Source: Macrostomum lignano (lineage: Eukaryota). Taken from it: a DNA stretch of 64,000 bases. The position numbers were made by a program, and so were the translations under genes. Positions 12,035 to 32,081 of the stretch are shown piece by piece. The stretch's first letter is position 1. The number at the start of each line of letters is the position of its first letter. Location of the stretch: NCBI GenBank assembly GCA_002269645.1, contig NIVC01000501.1:1-64000 (forward strand). Direction: 5' to 3'. Below the pieces are notes generated by a model. That model made no database searches. It was not told where the DNA came from and saw only the letters and a program-made list of their open reading frames with translations.

Positions 12035-12880
12035 CATGGGGTATTCATTGATTTCTCAGATTTCCCTAAGGGACTCATTGGGTATTTATTGATTTCTCAG
12101 ATTGTCCTAAGGGACTCATGGGGTATTTATTAATTTCTCAGATTGTCCCAAGGGACTCATTGGGTATTTATTGATTTCTCAGATTCTCCTAAGGGACTCA
12201 TGGGGTATTTATTGATTTCTCAGATTGTCCTAAGGGACTCTTTGGGTATTTATTGATTTCTCAGATTGTCCTAAGGGACTCTTTGGGTATTTATTGATTT
12301 CTCAGATTGTCCTAAGGGACTCATGGGGTATTTATTGATTTCTCAGATTGTCCTAAGGGACTCATGGGGTATTTATTGATTTCTCAGATTGTCCTAAGGG
12401 ACTCATGGGGTATTTATTGATTTCTCAGATTGTCCTAAGGGACTCATTGGGTATTTATTGATTTCTCAGATTGTCCTAAGGGACTCATGGGGTATTTATT
12501 GATTTCTCAGATTGTCCTAAGGGACTCATGGGGTATTTATTGATTTCTCAGATTGTCCTAAGGGACTCATGGGGTATTTATTAATTTCTCAGATTGTCCT
12601 AAGAAACTCATAGGGTATTTATTGATTTCTCAGATTGTCCTAAGAAACTCATTGGGTATTTATTGATTTCTCAGACTGTCCTAAGAAACTCATTGGGTAT
12701 TTATTGATTTCTCAGATTGTCCTAAGAAACTCATTGGGTATTTATTGATTTCTCAGACTGTCCTAAGGGACTCATGGGGTATTTATTGATTGCTCAAATT
12801 TCCCTAAGGGACTCATGGGGTATTTATTAATTTCTGAGACTGTCCTAAGGGACTCATGGGAAGTTTATTGTTTGCTCAGA
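12035..12880. repeat. 41-bp minisatellite
   Basis: TGATTTCTCAGATTGTCCTAAGGGACTCATGGGGTATTTAT, period 41. Confidence 0.95.
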
Positions 12881-13548
12881 ATTCCCAAAGACTCAATATT
12901 ACTTATATGGAAAGTGTCACATGCTGAACCATTCTGACAGTGAACTGAGGCAATTAGTGCATTAAAAGTACCAATGCTTTCTTATCATATTTTAGCATTT
13001 TTCTCCTCATCTTAATTGTAGTCAAAATTGCTTAATATATTCAGAAAATAATTCAAATCTGTTATTGTCCATATAATGGGTACAATAAACATTGGTATAA
13101 ACTCATAAACTGGTAATAGCATTAATAAAAAGTTTCTATTGTTAACATGTGTTGTGTGTTTCGATTTCATTTTTTATGTTCGACAAAATACAAAATTCAA
13201 AACGCCACAAGCAATTGTCCTTTGTTTTACTTCACAAAAACTATTTTTAAGAGCTAGACTTCCATCGGCTTTAACTATCTTAATTTCGGTTTGTTAACAT
13301 TGTAGCTTACTGCAAGTAGGAATGTCGAAATATGCGGCTTGCTGGAGATGCATTGATCAGTTATCATAGACGACTGATAATATATAATGTATCTCAATTG
13401 ATTAGCTAGATTTGCTATCTACCGGTATGTTTAGCTGCTTCTAGAAAAAAATCAGTGTGACACCCTTTATTGTCCTTTCCACATGCCTACATCTATTTCT
13501 ATTTCAGGTTTAATTTACTTTTTATGCTGCTTTCTTGCTTTTTTAACT

Positions 13549-14161
13549 CAGGGGTCGGGAAACTCCGGCCCGCAAAGCCTCTCTATCCGGCCCTCTGGTT
13601 CTTTTGAAACTTCACAACAGCAATCCGGCCCTCTTATATTGTCTCTTCTCAGCTGTCTTCTCTCTAATCTCCTATCTTCTCTCCTCTCTCCTCTCCTCTC
13701 CTCTTTCCTCTCCTCTCCTCTCCTCTCCTCTCCCCCTCTCCTCTCCTCTCCCCTCTCTCCTCTCCTCTCCTCTCCCCTCTCTCCTCTATTCTCTCCTCTC
13801 CTCTCCTCTCCTCTCCCCCCTCTCCTCTCCTCTCCCCTCTCTCCTCTCCTCTCCTCTCCTCTCCTCTCCCCCCTCTCCTCTCCTCTCCCCTCTCTCCTCT
13901 CCTCTCCTCTCCTCTCTCCTCTCCTCTCCTCTCCCCTCTCTCCTCTATTCTCTCCTCTCCTCTCCTCTCCTCTCCTCTCCCCCCTCTCCTCTCCTCTCCC
14001 CTCTCTCCTCTATTCTCTCCTCTCCTCTCCTCTCCCCTCTCTCCTCTCCTCTGCCCTCTCCCCTGTCTCCCCTCTCTCCTCTCCTCTCTTCCCTCCTGTG
14101 GACCGCAGTCATGCGCTAGGCTCCCTATCTGACCCTTGGTAAAAAAGTTTGCCGACGCCTG
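13549..14161. mobile_element. Non-autonomous hAT (Charlie-like) element with an internal CT-rich expansion
   Basis: TIRs CAGGGGTCGGGAAACT and AGTTTGCCGACGCCTG (14/16). 8-bp TSD TTTTAACT/TTTTAACC. Subterminal CGGCCC motifs. (CTCCT)n at about 13660-14095. Confidence 0.85.
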
Positions 14162-14924
14162 TTTTAACCTACGCTATATGCATGGCATGCATTGTTTTAC
14201 TCCCGAGTCCTGACATATGACGAATGCCAGATCTAATAAACGTCAACTAACGGAACCGGAAAATAGAAAATGCAATAATATGGTAAAATGATCTTTGAAT
14301 TCAACTGAAGCCAATTAAAGGGTTGTGTAAAATGTGAAATTTAGGTCTTGTGAAAGCGACCCGGAAAACACACTGTTGACGAAAGACAGGAATGTCTTGT
14401 CATTGCATGTGAGTGTAACCATTCTTGTTGTTACCCTCTCGAATTTTCTCTGCTTATCCTATCGCTAATTCACATAGAAATCTACCATTCTGTTCTGACT
14501 AATCATGAGCTTGTTTGTGTTTCTGGATTTGTAAAAATAAATCCAGGGTTTAGCTGGCGTACATGCATTTCCTAATTATTGATTTCGATATTTCAATTTT
14601 TTGACACGTGACGTGACGTGACCCATGAAGCCTACTGAACAAACAAGAAAACGATTAGTAGGCTGTTTGGCTTAGCTGTATTATAACTCAAATGTTTTCG
14701 TAGGAAATTTCCTTTGGCTTACTCTCCACAATCAGACAGACAGACAGTACACGTACATATTACGTACGCAGCAGAGCGAGGGCCAACTGAGCCAGCTCAG
14801 TGCGTACAGTGACGCATAAGTTAAAGCGTGAACTTACACGCCGTCTAACATTATGAAACTTACCCCCAAGTCACTCCGTTTCTTTTTGCTGGCGCGTGGA
14901 CAGACAGAGGGGGTGCGTCCAGAT

Positions 14925-16376
14925 CTAAAAATAGATTGTACATTGGTGTTTATGGCCAGCATGTACATTGGTCAGCTGATCACTCCGGATTTGTCACTTG
15001 AGGGAGAGTTGGAAAGAGGAATTCATGGCCCCTCGCCCAGACAACAACATGTCGCGTACAGCTAGCTAACTCTACTAGAAACATTTTATGACCTTGAGCT
15101 GATTTCATGATTTCTAAGAAATCTACAGTGAGGAGGAAGGGCGGACAGGTTTGGGGTGGGCCAACATGGAACTAATGATGGCGTGGAAATATTTGTATCT
15201 GTTCCTTAGGATAAGGAACTAAAACTAAACTTGGAAAAAATTCCTTTTTATTCGTCATGAAAGCAATAACTATCTAGTAAATTTTAATAACTATCTACAT
15301 TATTATCCTGTCATGAATACACTTATTGATTGGATTACAATATTTTTATGGCTTATACCAAAACGGCTAATGTACAGTAATTATTCTATACAGTAATAAT
15401 TAATTATAACCCTTCTGTCTGCATTTCCTATCCGCTATTCCCCTGCACCAAAAAATCAGCTGACTTAACGTAAGTGCAGTATTGAATGGGGAATGGGGAT
15501 GGGGATCAACTGGGAAAAATGGGGATGTCACGCTGTAAGGGATTTAGATAACTAAATATGTGTTGCTAAGGGATTGGGATCACGAGACTTTCTGTATTCT
15601 ATTATTATCCGTTCCGAATCTAGACCAGACCAACTGAAAAGCTTCATTGCACCTAAACGTTCGAAGTTCAAATTAAACTTCGAAAACTTGCAACCATTAA
15701 TTAGTTTGTCATTTCTATCATAAGCTTTTTTACAAATTCGCATGCGTGCCGTATAATCTGTTTTAAACACTAATTTAACTGTCCATGCCTTAATCTGATC
15801 TAACCACTGTATTAGTTGGCACGCCTCCGTTTTATTTCAGTTAAACTTTATTTCAATACTACTGAGGTGGAAGTTCCCTTTTATTTTGTTTCAGAAATTG
15901 AATGACACAGCGAACTTGAATGACGACCCTGGCCATGCAGTTGCCCTCCCTCCTTTCCTCTCTGCTTTTTCTCACTCCACTCTCGCGTGACCAACCCCAC
16001 TGAACTGAACCAAATGAACTTGCAATGTGCGGTGGCGCGCACGCGGAGGGGGTGGGCGCCAACCGACCCCGTTCTTCTCATACCCTCGCGTGTGGCGACT
16101 TGCTTCTACTTGCAAGCCAATGGCGAGTCCAGGGGAAAGCCGTAGTTATCTCTCTCCACTATTGAAGCGTGATGCTAAAAATAGAATCTGACGAATAGTG
16201 TCCACTGACCTAAAAATAGATGCCAAAATTCTAGAATTTTCCTTAGGTCGAGGATTCGCCTTCAACCCCCGCCGCGGCCCGGCACGGGCCCCATTCTGCC
16301 AACGTGTTTCTTACGTTGTTTTGGGTTGACTCAGTTCTAAAAATAGACTGTCCCTCGAATCAGAGGGCCTATATAA
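14925..16376 (+). promoter_or_regulatory. Promoter cluster: four MEF2-consensus sites, AP-1 site, TATA box
   Basis: CTAAAAATAG at 14925, 16175, 16210 and 16337. TGACTCA at 16327. TATATAA at 16370, about 110 bp upstream of ATG 16481. Confidence 0.6.
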
Positions 16377-16480
16377 CAAGATCCCCGGAGCAGCCAGAGG
16401 CCCTTCAAGCCAAAAGCAACTCCTAAGCAAACTTAAGCAAGCTCTGCTGCGAATATCATTTTTACTTGCCCAACAATATC

Positions 16481-17765
16481 ATGTCGACTTACGGCTACCA
16501 GCACCCAGTGAATATCTCTGTGCCACCGCCGCCTCACGGCCTTGACTTTAGCGTGCCACCGCCGCCGCTCTGCTGTCTACCTTCGCCACCAATGCCGACG
16601 ATGTCAGTGCCGATGCCGATGTCCGCGTTTTCGGCGCCACCGCCGCCAACGCCGCTGCAGTCGTCCGCGCTGATTTCGCCTGCAATGTCGTCGCCGATGC
16701 AACAGCCTCAGCAGCGTCGCCCCGATCCGGGCTACGAGAGCGAGGACAAAGATTCGGACAGCAATTCGATCCAGGCGCAGTCGCCCAGTCGAGCCGCTTC
16801 GCCGTGCGACTCCGCTCGGCCAGAATCGCCCGACGCCGATGCTAGCCAGCTGGCCGAGGATCTGGCCGGATTCCGTATCGCCGGGCCCAGGCCAGTAGAC
16901 ATGGCGCTTAGCCAACAGTAAGTATTTTCTCAATTATTTATTCTCTGCCGATATGTATCGATAGTACACGTAGCTTAACCGCGGTTTTTTTACGATTAAC
17001 TTGAGATCCTACTTAAAAACTAAATCAAATTCAATAAATTTAAATTATCTTCAATCTTTCAGAATGGAAATCGTCTGGCACGAACGCTTCGTGGATTTTT
17101 TCAGCCGATTTTCGTTCGGCAGCTGGCACCTATTCCCGGTGTTCGACCCGCCGGACGTTGACAACACTGGCATCCCCAGGAATCAGTGGCGCTACTTCAA
17201 AGATCAGGCCAAAGTCCGCTTCATCTGCTACGTAAGTGTTAAGCTTTTGTTTCTCTTACATTTCTATCTTCATTTTGCAATAAAATATAGAAATAGTTTG
17301 CTAGATTAAAAACTTTGTTTTAAGAAAAAAATCCGTTTATATGCTACGACGCCTACTAACAGTAGATTTAAATTTGTTTATTTACAGAAATGCCAGAAAG
17401 CCTGGACTAGCATGGGCGGCCAAGTGGTCTTCTGGGTGTACAAAGACGACGCCAAGAACGAGGGCTACGTTCATTTCAAGCTGTACGGCCAGAAGTGCAC
17501 CGACTGCAATAGTCAGTACTATGAGCACGCCATCTGGTACCAGGAGGAGGTTGAGAAGGTCATCGAGAACCTGTACCATCAAGTCGGCCACCTCTACTAC
17601 GGCATGCCGGCCCACAGGAAGCGCGTAGACCGTCGAATGGGCCATCCGAAGAAGGAGCACAATTCGGCCACATGCCAGGCCTGCCGTGACCGGGTCTGCC
17701 GGATGGGCCAGCTGCAGAAGCGGAAGAGCCACGGCCAGCAACAGCAAAAGAAGCCGGCCAACTGA
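16481..17765 (+). CDS. 3CxxC zinc-domain protein (RTP/ZAR1-like), about 327 aa, Pro-rich N-terminus
   Basis: Exons 16481-16917, 17063-17231, 17388-17765 (GT-AG, phase-consistent, TACTAAC branch point in intron 2). Domain: KVRFIC-Y-KC..AWTS...LYGQKCTDC...EHNSATCQAC...C. Confidence 0.85.
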
Positions 17766-19014
17766 AAGCAAGCACAAATGAGAGTTTAAAAGACAATTCT
17801 TCTGGCGTGTCTTGTCTTTTTAATTATCCACTTTCACTCACCGCGCGATCTCATTTATCCGTTTGTATATTTGCTTTAACAAAAAGTTTGCCATACTATT
17901 TGTTTTAATTCGAAGTCAAACTGTATATTCAATTTGTACCATAGGCTGCAGGCCACTGGGCTTTGGAATTGGAAGTTCAGTGTCAGTTATCATGTTTAAT
18001 TATTGCCTCAATTTGAAAGCACTTTTAGATTGCAATAATTGATTAATGATAATTAGTCGGTTTATATTTCCATCTGGAATTTGGGGTTTGACAAAATTAT
18101 TGTGTAGGAAATTGCCTGTTTAAGATTGTAAACATTTATATATATGTATTCGATGGATTTGCGAAACTGTATCATGTCATTAATCATTCATCAACTAAGC
18201 TCATTCATTGCTTTTTTAACACTTCTGTTTAATCGTCGTAAAAAAAATTAGTCATAATAAATAAAAAAACAAGCTGAAATTAAAAACTATAACAAAAACT
18301 TATAAACTGCCTCAATTTTTAGTTGTTTTATTAAAAATGCTTAAGAAACGTTTTCGTTTTGTTGGTCTTTCGGTTCAAATGGAGGGGTCGGCTATTATCT
18401 TCTCTCTCATCGCATTGATCTTATCTTTCTTCTCAAATCTTTCATATCCTCTAGCTATCCTCTTCTGTCATTGATTTAGTGGTATGGAGGAGGGCTTACA
18501 CTTGTACATAGGGAAGTTCTGTTTCTGACTCATAACACACAGGCACATACAGCACGTACAACAATTACATGTAAGTACCTACTTCTACTGTGTCTACAGT
18601 GTCTACTTCTAAAAAAGAGAACTCGGAGAGCTAAAATCTGCTGTCGTTAATTGGAATGCAGTCTGCAGTCACGAGGATTGGTACAGTATAGTTATGTACA
18701 TGAATAAGGTGTTGGTGGGGGTTAATAAAGTCGTGAACACACTGAAGTACAACTCGAGTATCTTATAAATGAGCAAGGAGGCCGGTAAGGAACGTATGGA
18801 TCGATTTCTAATAAAATCGAGTAGCTACTTCAGTTGTCTTTATATTAGATTGAGTATGAGAGAATGGGTGAGAGCAGGGCAGGGAGAAGAACATGCAACT
18901 TAGTGCGGGAGTTGTGTGACGGAGTCAATTAATGGAATTATTGGCACCTTTTACATTTGATCAGTCAGTAAGGTAAAAGGGGGATTGCTGAGGTCATAGA
19001 GAATCATGTGGGTC

Positions 19015-19530
19015 AGTCGGGTCATGGGAGAGTCAGTGGGTCATGGGAGAGTCAGTGGGGTCATGGAAGACTCAATGGAGTCATGGGAGACTCAGTGGAG
19101 TCATCGGAGCCTCAGTGGAGTCATAAGGAGAGTCGATCATTGGTTGTCATTCGAGAGTCCGTAAGGTCATGAGAGACTCAGTGAAGTTATAGGAGAGTCC
19201 TTGGGGTCATGGGATAGTCAGTGTAGGGTCATACATGAAAGGAGAGTCAGTGGGGTCATAGGAGACTCAGTGGAGACATGGGAAACTCAGTGGAGACATG
19301 GGAAACTCAGTGAAGACATGGGAAACTCAGTGGAGACATGGGAAACTCAGTGGGATCATAAGGAGAGTCCTTGGGGTCATGGTAGAGTCAGTGGGTCATG
19401 GGAGAGTCAGTGATGTTCGAGAGTCGGTGGGGACAGTGGGGACATGAGAGACTCAGTCGGGAACATGGGAGAGTCCGGGGGTCATGAGAGACTCAGTGGG
19501 ATCATAAGGAGGGTCAGTGGGGTCATGTGA
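19015..19530. repeat. Degenerate ~21-bp minisatellite
   Basis: Recurring GGAGACTCAGTGGGGTCAT-like units. Confidence 0.75.
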
Positions 19531-20189
19531 CAGTCAAGATCTTGTCGTTAAGTGGTTAATATTTAAGTATGGAATGTAATATTGTCTGCTTAGAAACTAA
19601 AGCAGCATGACTAATATTTTTAATGGATCTAAATGTTTTTTTTGTTTCTGAAACTGCTCCAGCCAAAATCTCAGCAAGTCCATATTTGGTCATTCTGGCA
19701 CAATTTCGTCAAGAATTCGCCTGACTAAATATGGTTAACAGCCGATGCCAAACAAGGTGAAATTCCAAATATGCCAGGCCAACAACATGGAGATGGACAA
19801 CAAAAATAAAAATCTGCGCATTTCTAGACAATAAATCAAGTGCTAAGCTGGAACAGACTCGAAAAATTTTGGTATTACGAAACTCGAACGAAATAAAAAG
19901 TAAAGAATTGCTGTCTAGGTGAGCAATACGAATACGAGCGTAATGTTGGCGAAATAAACTTAGCTCATTCTTAAATTAATCTTGTCGCAAGCAAACTGAA
20001 CTACTGAAGCTTTTAGTGAGTAGTGTAAATCGTATAATTAGTATATTTTTAAATAATTTTCGTCTTGCGAATTAATTTAATGTTTCAGTTGGTCTATTTA
20101 GGGGCCACAATCACAAATTCCCCATCACAAATTGTGATTGTGACCCGTGATGGAAATCAATTATTTTGCTTCAGAGCGCCAAGATATAG

Positions 20190-20385
20190 CGCTTTTGGCG
20201 CCAAAATGAGTGTCTGTGGCGCCAAAATGAGTGCCTGTGGCGCCAAGATGAGTGTCTGTGGCGCCAAAATGAGTGCCTGTGGCGCCAAGATGAGTGTCTG
20301 TGGCGCCAAAATGAGTGCATGCGGCGCTAAAATGAGTGCCTGCGGCGCTAAAATGAGTGCCTTCGGCGACAAAATGAGTGCTAAC
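20190..20385. repeat. 21-bp minisatellite
   Basis: GGCGCCAAAATGAGTGCCTGT units. Confidence 0.9.
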
Positions 20386-20879
20386 AACAACGATTCCCAA
20401 AATAATGTACATGTAGAATTCTTGGCTTCTTCTCCACCACTGTAAAATCCATGGCGACGCCCCCTGCGTCTATTCGATATTCTAACTTACTATTCATTTG
20501 CCCCGGCCCCCGGCTCAGTAGTATAAGAAGATCCGCCAGTTTTCTTGCTTGATTCTCGTTTTAAAAAGTACGACGCCTCTAAAGAAATGGTTTTTAAAAA
20601 GAGCAGCCCATGTTTAATTCATTATACCGATTGGCAATTATTTTTGGCAGTAAGCTATATAATATTATGATACTACCAGTACAGTTTCTAGTGGCAAAGC
20701 TGCTCAAAAAAAGAGAGTAAGTGCCTAAGACCAGAGCTGGCCACTTAAAGCGACAATAAGTGTGCTTCTTAAACTTTTCGAGAAGACTGAAGTGCCGGTT
20801 AGTGAGTAGGGGACTGAGGATGAAGCTGTACATGTAGATGGGGAAAGCTGAGACATGTACTGGGCCAAGGGGAGAGTGG

Positions 20880-21410
20880 GAGAGAGGGTGAGAGATGTAG
20901 AGAAGAAGAGTGGGGTGGAGAGTGGGGTAGAAGGAGAGGAAGAGTAGTAGAGGGGGAGTGAGAGAGGGGAGAGTGAGAGAGGGAGAGTAGGAGAGGGAGA
21001 GTGGGAGAGAGAGTGGGAGAGGGAGAGTGGATTGGGGGAGAGAGAGTGGATTGGGTAGTGAGAAGGGGATGGAGATGGAGAGTGAGAGATTGAGAGAGTG
21101 AGAGTGGGAGAGGGAAAGGGAGAGGGAGAGGGAGATGGAAAAGAATAGGGTGAGGGAGAGGGAGAGGGAGGGGGAGAGTGGGTTGGGAGAGTGGAGTGGG
21201 AGAGTGAGAAGGGGATGGAGAGGTAGAGTGGGGAGGTAGAGTGGGGAGGTAGAGTGGGGAGGGAGAGTGGGGTGGGAGAGTGGAGTTGGAGAGGGAGAGT
21301 GGATTGGGAAAGTGAGAGAGGGAGAGTGGGAGAGGGGGAGAGGTAGAGTGGTAGAAGTAGAGTGGGAGAGGGAGAGTGGAGTGGAAGAGTGAGAAGGGGA
21401 TGGAGAGGGA
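20880..21410. repeat. GA-rich low-complexity tract
   Basis: Purine-rich GGGAGA/GAGTG motifs. Confidence 0.8.
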
Positions 21411-22024
21411 GAATTACTGCCTATTTAATAACTGTGAGGGTTTCAAAGCGAACAGAGGCGATTAAATTCCGCTCTGACAGTCAATAAATAATTAACTGAA
21501 GTCACGCGCATGTAAGATGCTGAATTGCAGAGAACAGAGTAATATTTACTTTCAAAATCTGCAGGACACAAAATCAATATTGCCAGACACAGACACCGAA
21601 AGCAACAGAAAAGTGCAAATTCAAAATAATTTTAATCTATTAAAGTAATAAAAAATATTACATTCGAAAGTTAATTGGAGAAAGTTGGAGAAAATTAGTG
21701 ATGAAATCTCAGCCAAACTGTTAGTGTATTTTCTACTTTTTAATAAATTTCATAATTCAGATATAACAAAACAATTTGTAGATGATTTTACAATTCATGG
21801 GTAGGGGAAATTCATGGATGGGTGGGTATCGTATCCGTTTGCTGGATGACTATGCGTGATGTTGTGAAGGATGCTGGATAAGAAAAATTACTTTGGAATT
21901 TGATATTCCGACTGCTAGGCATGAGATTTCCTTTGTGAAATTTGTGAGATTTCTACTGTGGAAGGTATGAGACTTCCTATTTGGAAGGTGTGAGATTTCC
22001 AGTGTGGAAGGTGAGATTTCCTGT

Positions 22025-22420
22025 GTGGAAGGTGTGAGACTTCCGGTGTGGAAGGTGTGAGACTTCCGGTGTGGAAGGTGTGAGACTTCCGGTGTGGAAG
22101 GTGTGAGACTTCCGGTGTGGAAGGTGTGAGACTTCCGGTGTGGAAGGTGTGAGACTTCCGGTGTGGAAGGTGTGAGACTTCCGGTGTGGAAGGTGTGAGA
22201 CTTCCGGTGTGGAAGGTGTGAGACTTCCGGTGTGGAAGGTGTGAGACTTCCGGTGTGGAAGGTGTGAGACTTCCGGTGTGGAAGGTGTGAGACTTCCGGT
22301 GTGGAAGGTGTGAGACTTCCGGTGTGGAAGGTGTGAGACTTCCGGTGTGGAAGGTGTGAGACTTCCGGTGTGGAAGATGTGAGACTTCCGGTGTGGAAGG
22401 TGTGAGACTTCCGGTGTGGA
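22025..22420. repeat. Highly homogeneous 23-bp minisatellite
   Basis: GACTTCCGGTGTGGAAGGTGTGA near-perfect tandem units. Confidence 0.95.
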
Positions 22421-22748
22421 AGTTGAGATTTCCGATACAATATGGCGCGACAGGAAGCTGGGAAACATGAGATTGAGCTCATTTAACATCGCCACAAAAA
22501 TTTTCCATGAGATTTACTGCATTGGAAAGAGCGAAACTTAAAAATTATTGCGTCGAATATTGCGTAACAGGGCTTTCTTAGAAAGTATGTAATCCAAACA
22601 AATAAATGTGTTCGATTAAAACAAAAACAAACAAAACTTCAATTACAACAAAATCGTAGACATATGCGACATTAAGCTATGGGAGAATCGAGCCAGTCTA
22701 AAAGCACGCGCAGGATGATGAGGCCCCTGGATACTCGATCGCCAGTCG

Positions 22749-30487
<7,739 letters not shown>

Positions 30488-31139
30488 ATTCAAAAGTGCT
30501 TCTGCTCTCTGTTTGATATATGGTTTAAACAAACAAAGGACCAACACGGGACAACAGACTGCAGGCACTCATTAGACTGAGAGACTTAAGACAGATAAAT
30601 ACGCATATGCAATATGCAGCGCCGGTTGCTTGATTGACTGGAGGATCCTCAGACTCTGGGGATTGGATAACGAATGACTGAGGGGGGACCAGGGGGAGGG
30701 ATGAGGAGAGAAGGGGAGGAGAAAGCCCGAGCCTCCATAGTGGGGGAAAGGCGCAGAGCAGAGAGTAAGTATAGGGATATATAGGGATAGCAAGTGCTAG
30801 GTGCCGGTCATCCTTATCTTCTTAATCCCACTATCCCACTCCTCTATTCCCGTTTGCGCGTGCTCCGTTCCAATGAGATTTGGGAATTTTTGGATTAGAA
30901 ACCGCCCAAGGACCGCCAGAAGTTATAGTATAAAGTAATTTTATATTTGCCTGATATGCGCCAGCAAGATGGAAAACTCACAGTGTCTCAACTCACAGAA
31001 AGTAGAACCCGGCATCTCATTCTAGCTATCCCATCCTATTCATTCCATTCTAGGCATCTCATTATATCACCGTCTCCTCTACTCTCCCATCTTCCTTCGC
31101 CTCTCTCCACTCAACTCTCCCCTTTCGTCTCCCCTCTCT

Positions 31140-31412
31140 ACTCACCTCTCCTCTCCTCTCCTCTCCTCTCCTCTCTCCTCTCCTCCCCTCTCCTCTCTTC
31201 TCGTCTCCTCTCCTCTCCTCTCCTCTCCTTTCCTCCCCTCCCCTCCCCTCTCCTCTCCTCTCCTCCCTCCCTCCCCTCTCCTCTCCTCCCCTCTCCTCCC
31301 TCTCCTCTCCTCCCCTCTCCTCCCCTCTCCTCTCCTCTCCTCCCCTCTCCTCTCCTCTCCTCTCCTCTCTCCTCTCCTCCTCCCCTCTCCTCTCCTCTCC
31401 TCCCCTCTCCTC
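31140..31412. repeat. (CTCCT)n low-complexity tract
   Basis: Pentamer-based pyrimidine run. Confidence 0.9.
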
Positions 31413-32081
31413 TGTTACTTCTCAACCCAGCTCTAGACTTCAAATCTCTGAGACTCCCCCAATGCACGACAGCACAAAACCAAGTGTTCTTCTGCATGTC
31501 CACCCTAATATCCTAATACTTATTAAGCGAACGTATATATTCATATCTGTGTAATATACCAGTACGTACGCAATGGGTAATAAATCAATCAGTCTCATCC
31601 AAAAATAGTACTGTCGTTGACTGCACGCTAGAAAATCTGGTACACGGCTAAATTAGTTAGCAGAGGTCTTACAGTCAGCCAGGAGAGGACAGAGGTAGCC
31701 AGGGGTGCCAGACAGTAAGATGTTCAAGCAGCATAATCTAAGGATAGATTCCGACGGATCATTCCTTCCTGGGGTCTGGCCTACTGGTTCACTTAATTGG
31801 GATCTTAGTGGATAGTATCGGATTTGGCTCTCCTGTACTCTGGACTGCTAGGGCAGATCGGTAGATTTGCTCACCTTGGTTTCTGAGATTCAATAACTTT
31901 ATCCTTTATTACTTTTTAGGCGAGACTATTCATTTTCCAAATTCTATGTTCAGACATTTTCTTTTCTTAGCATCAAAACAACCACCAAAACTGACAAGCC
32001 TTCTTTCCTCTGTGCCCAACGTCGCCTATTTCTATAAAGTGCGGCAGCCCGGCTGTCCAAACTGACTACTGGTGTTTCAGG

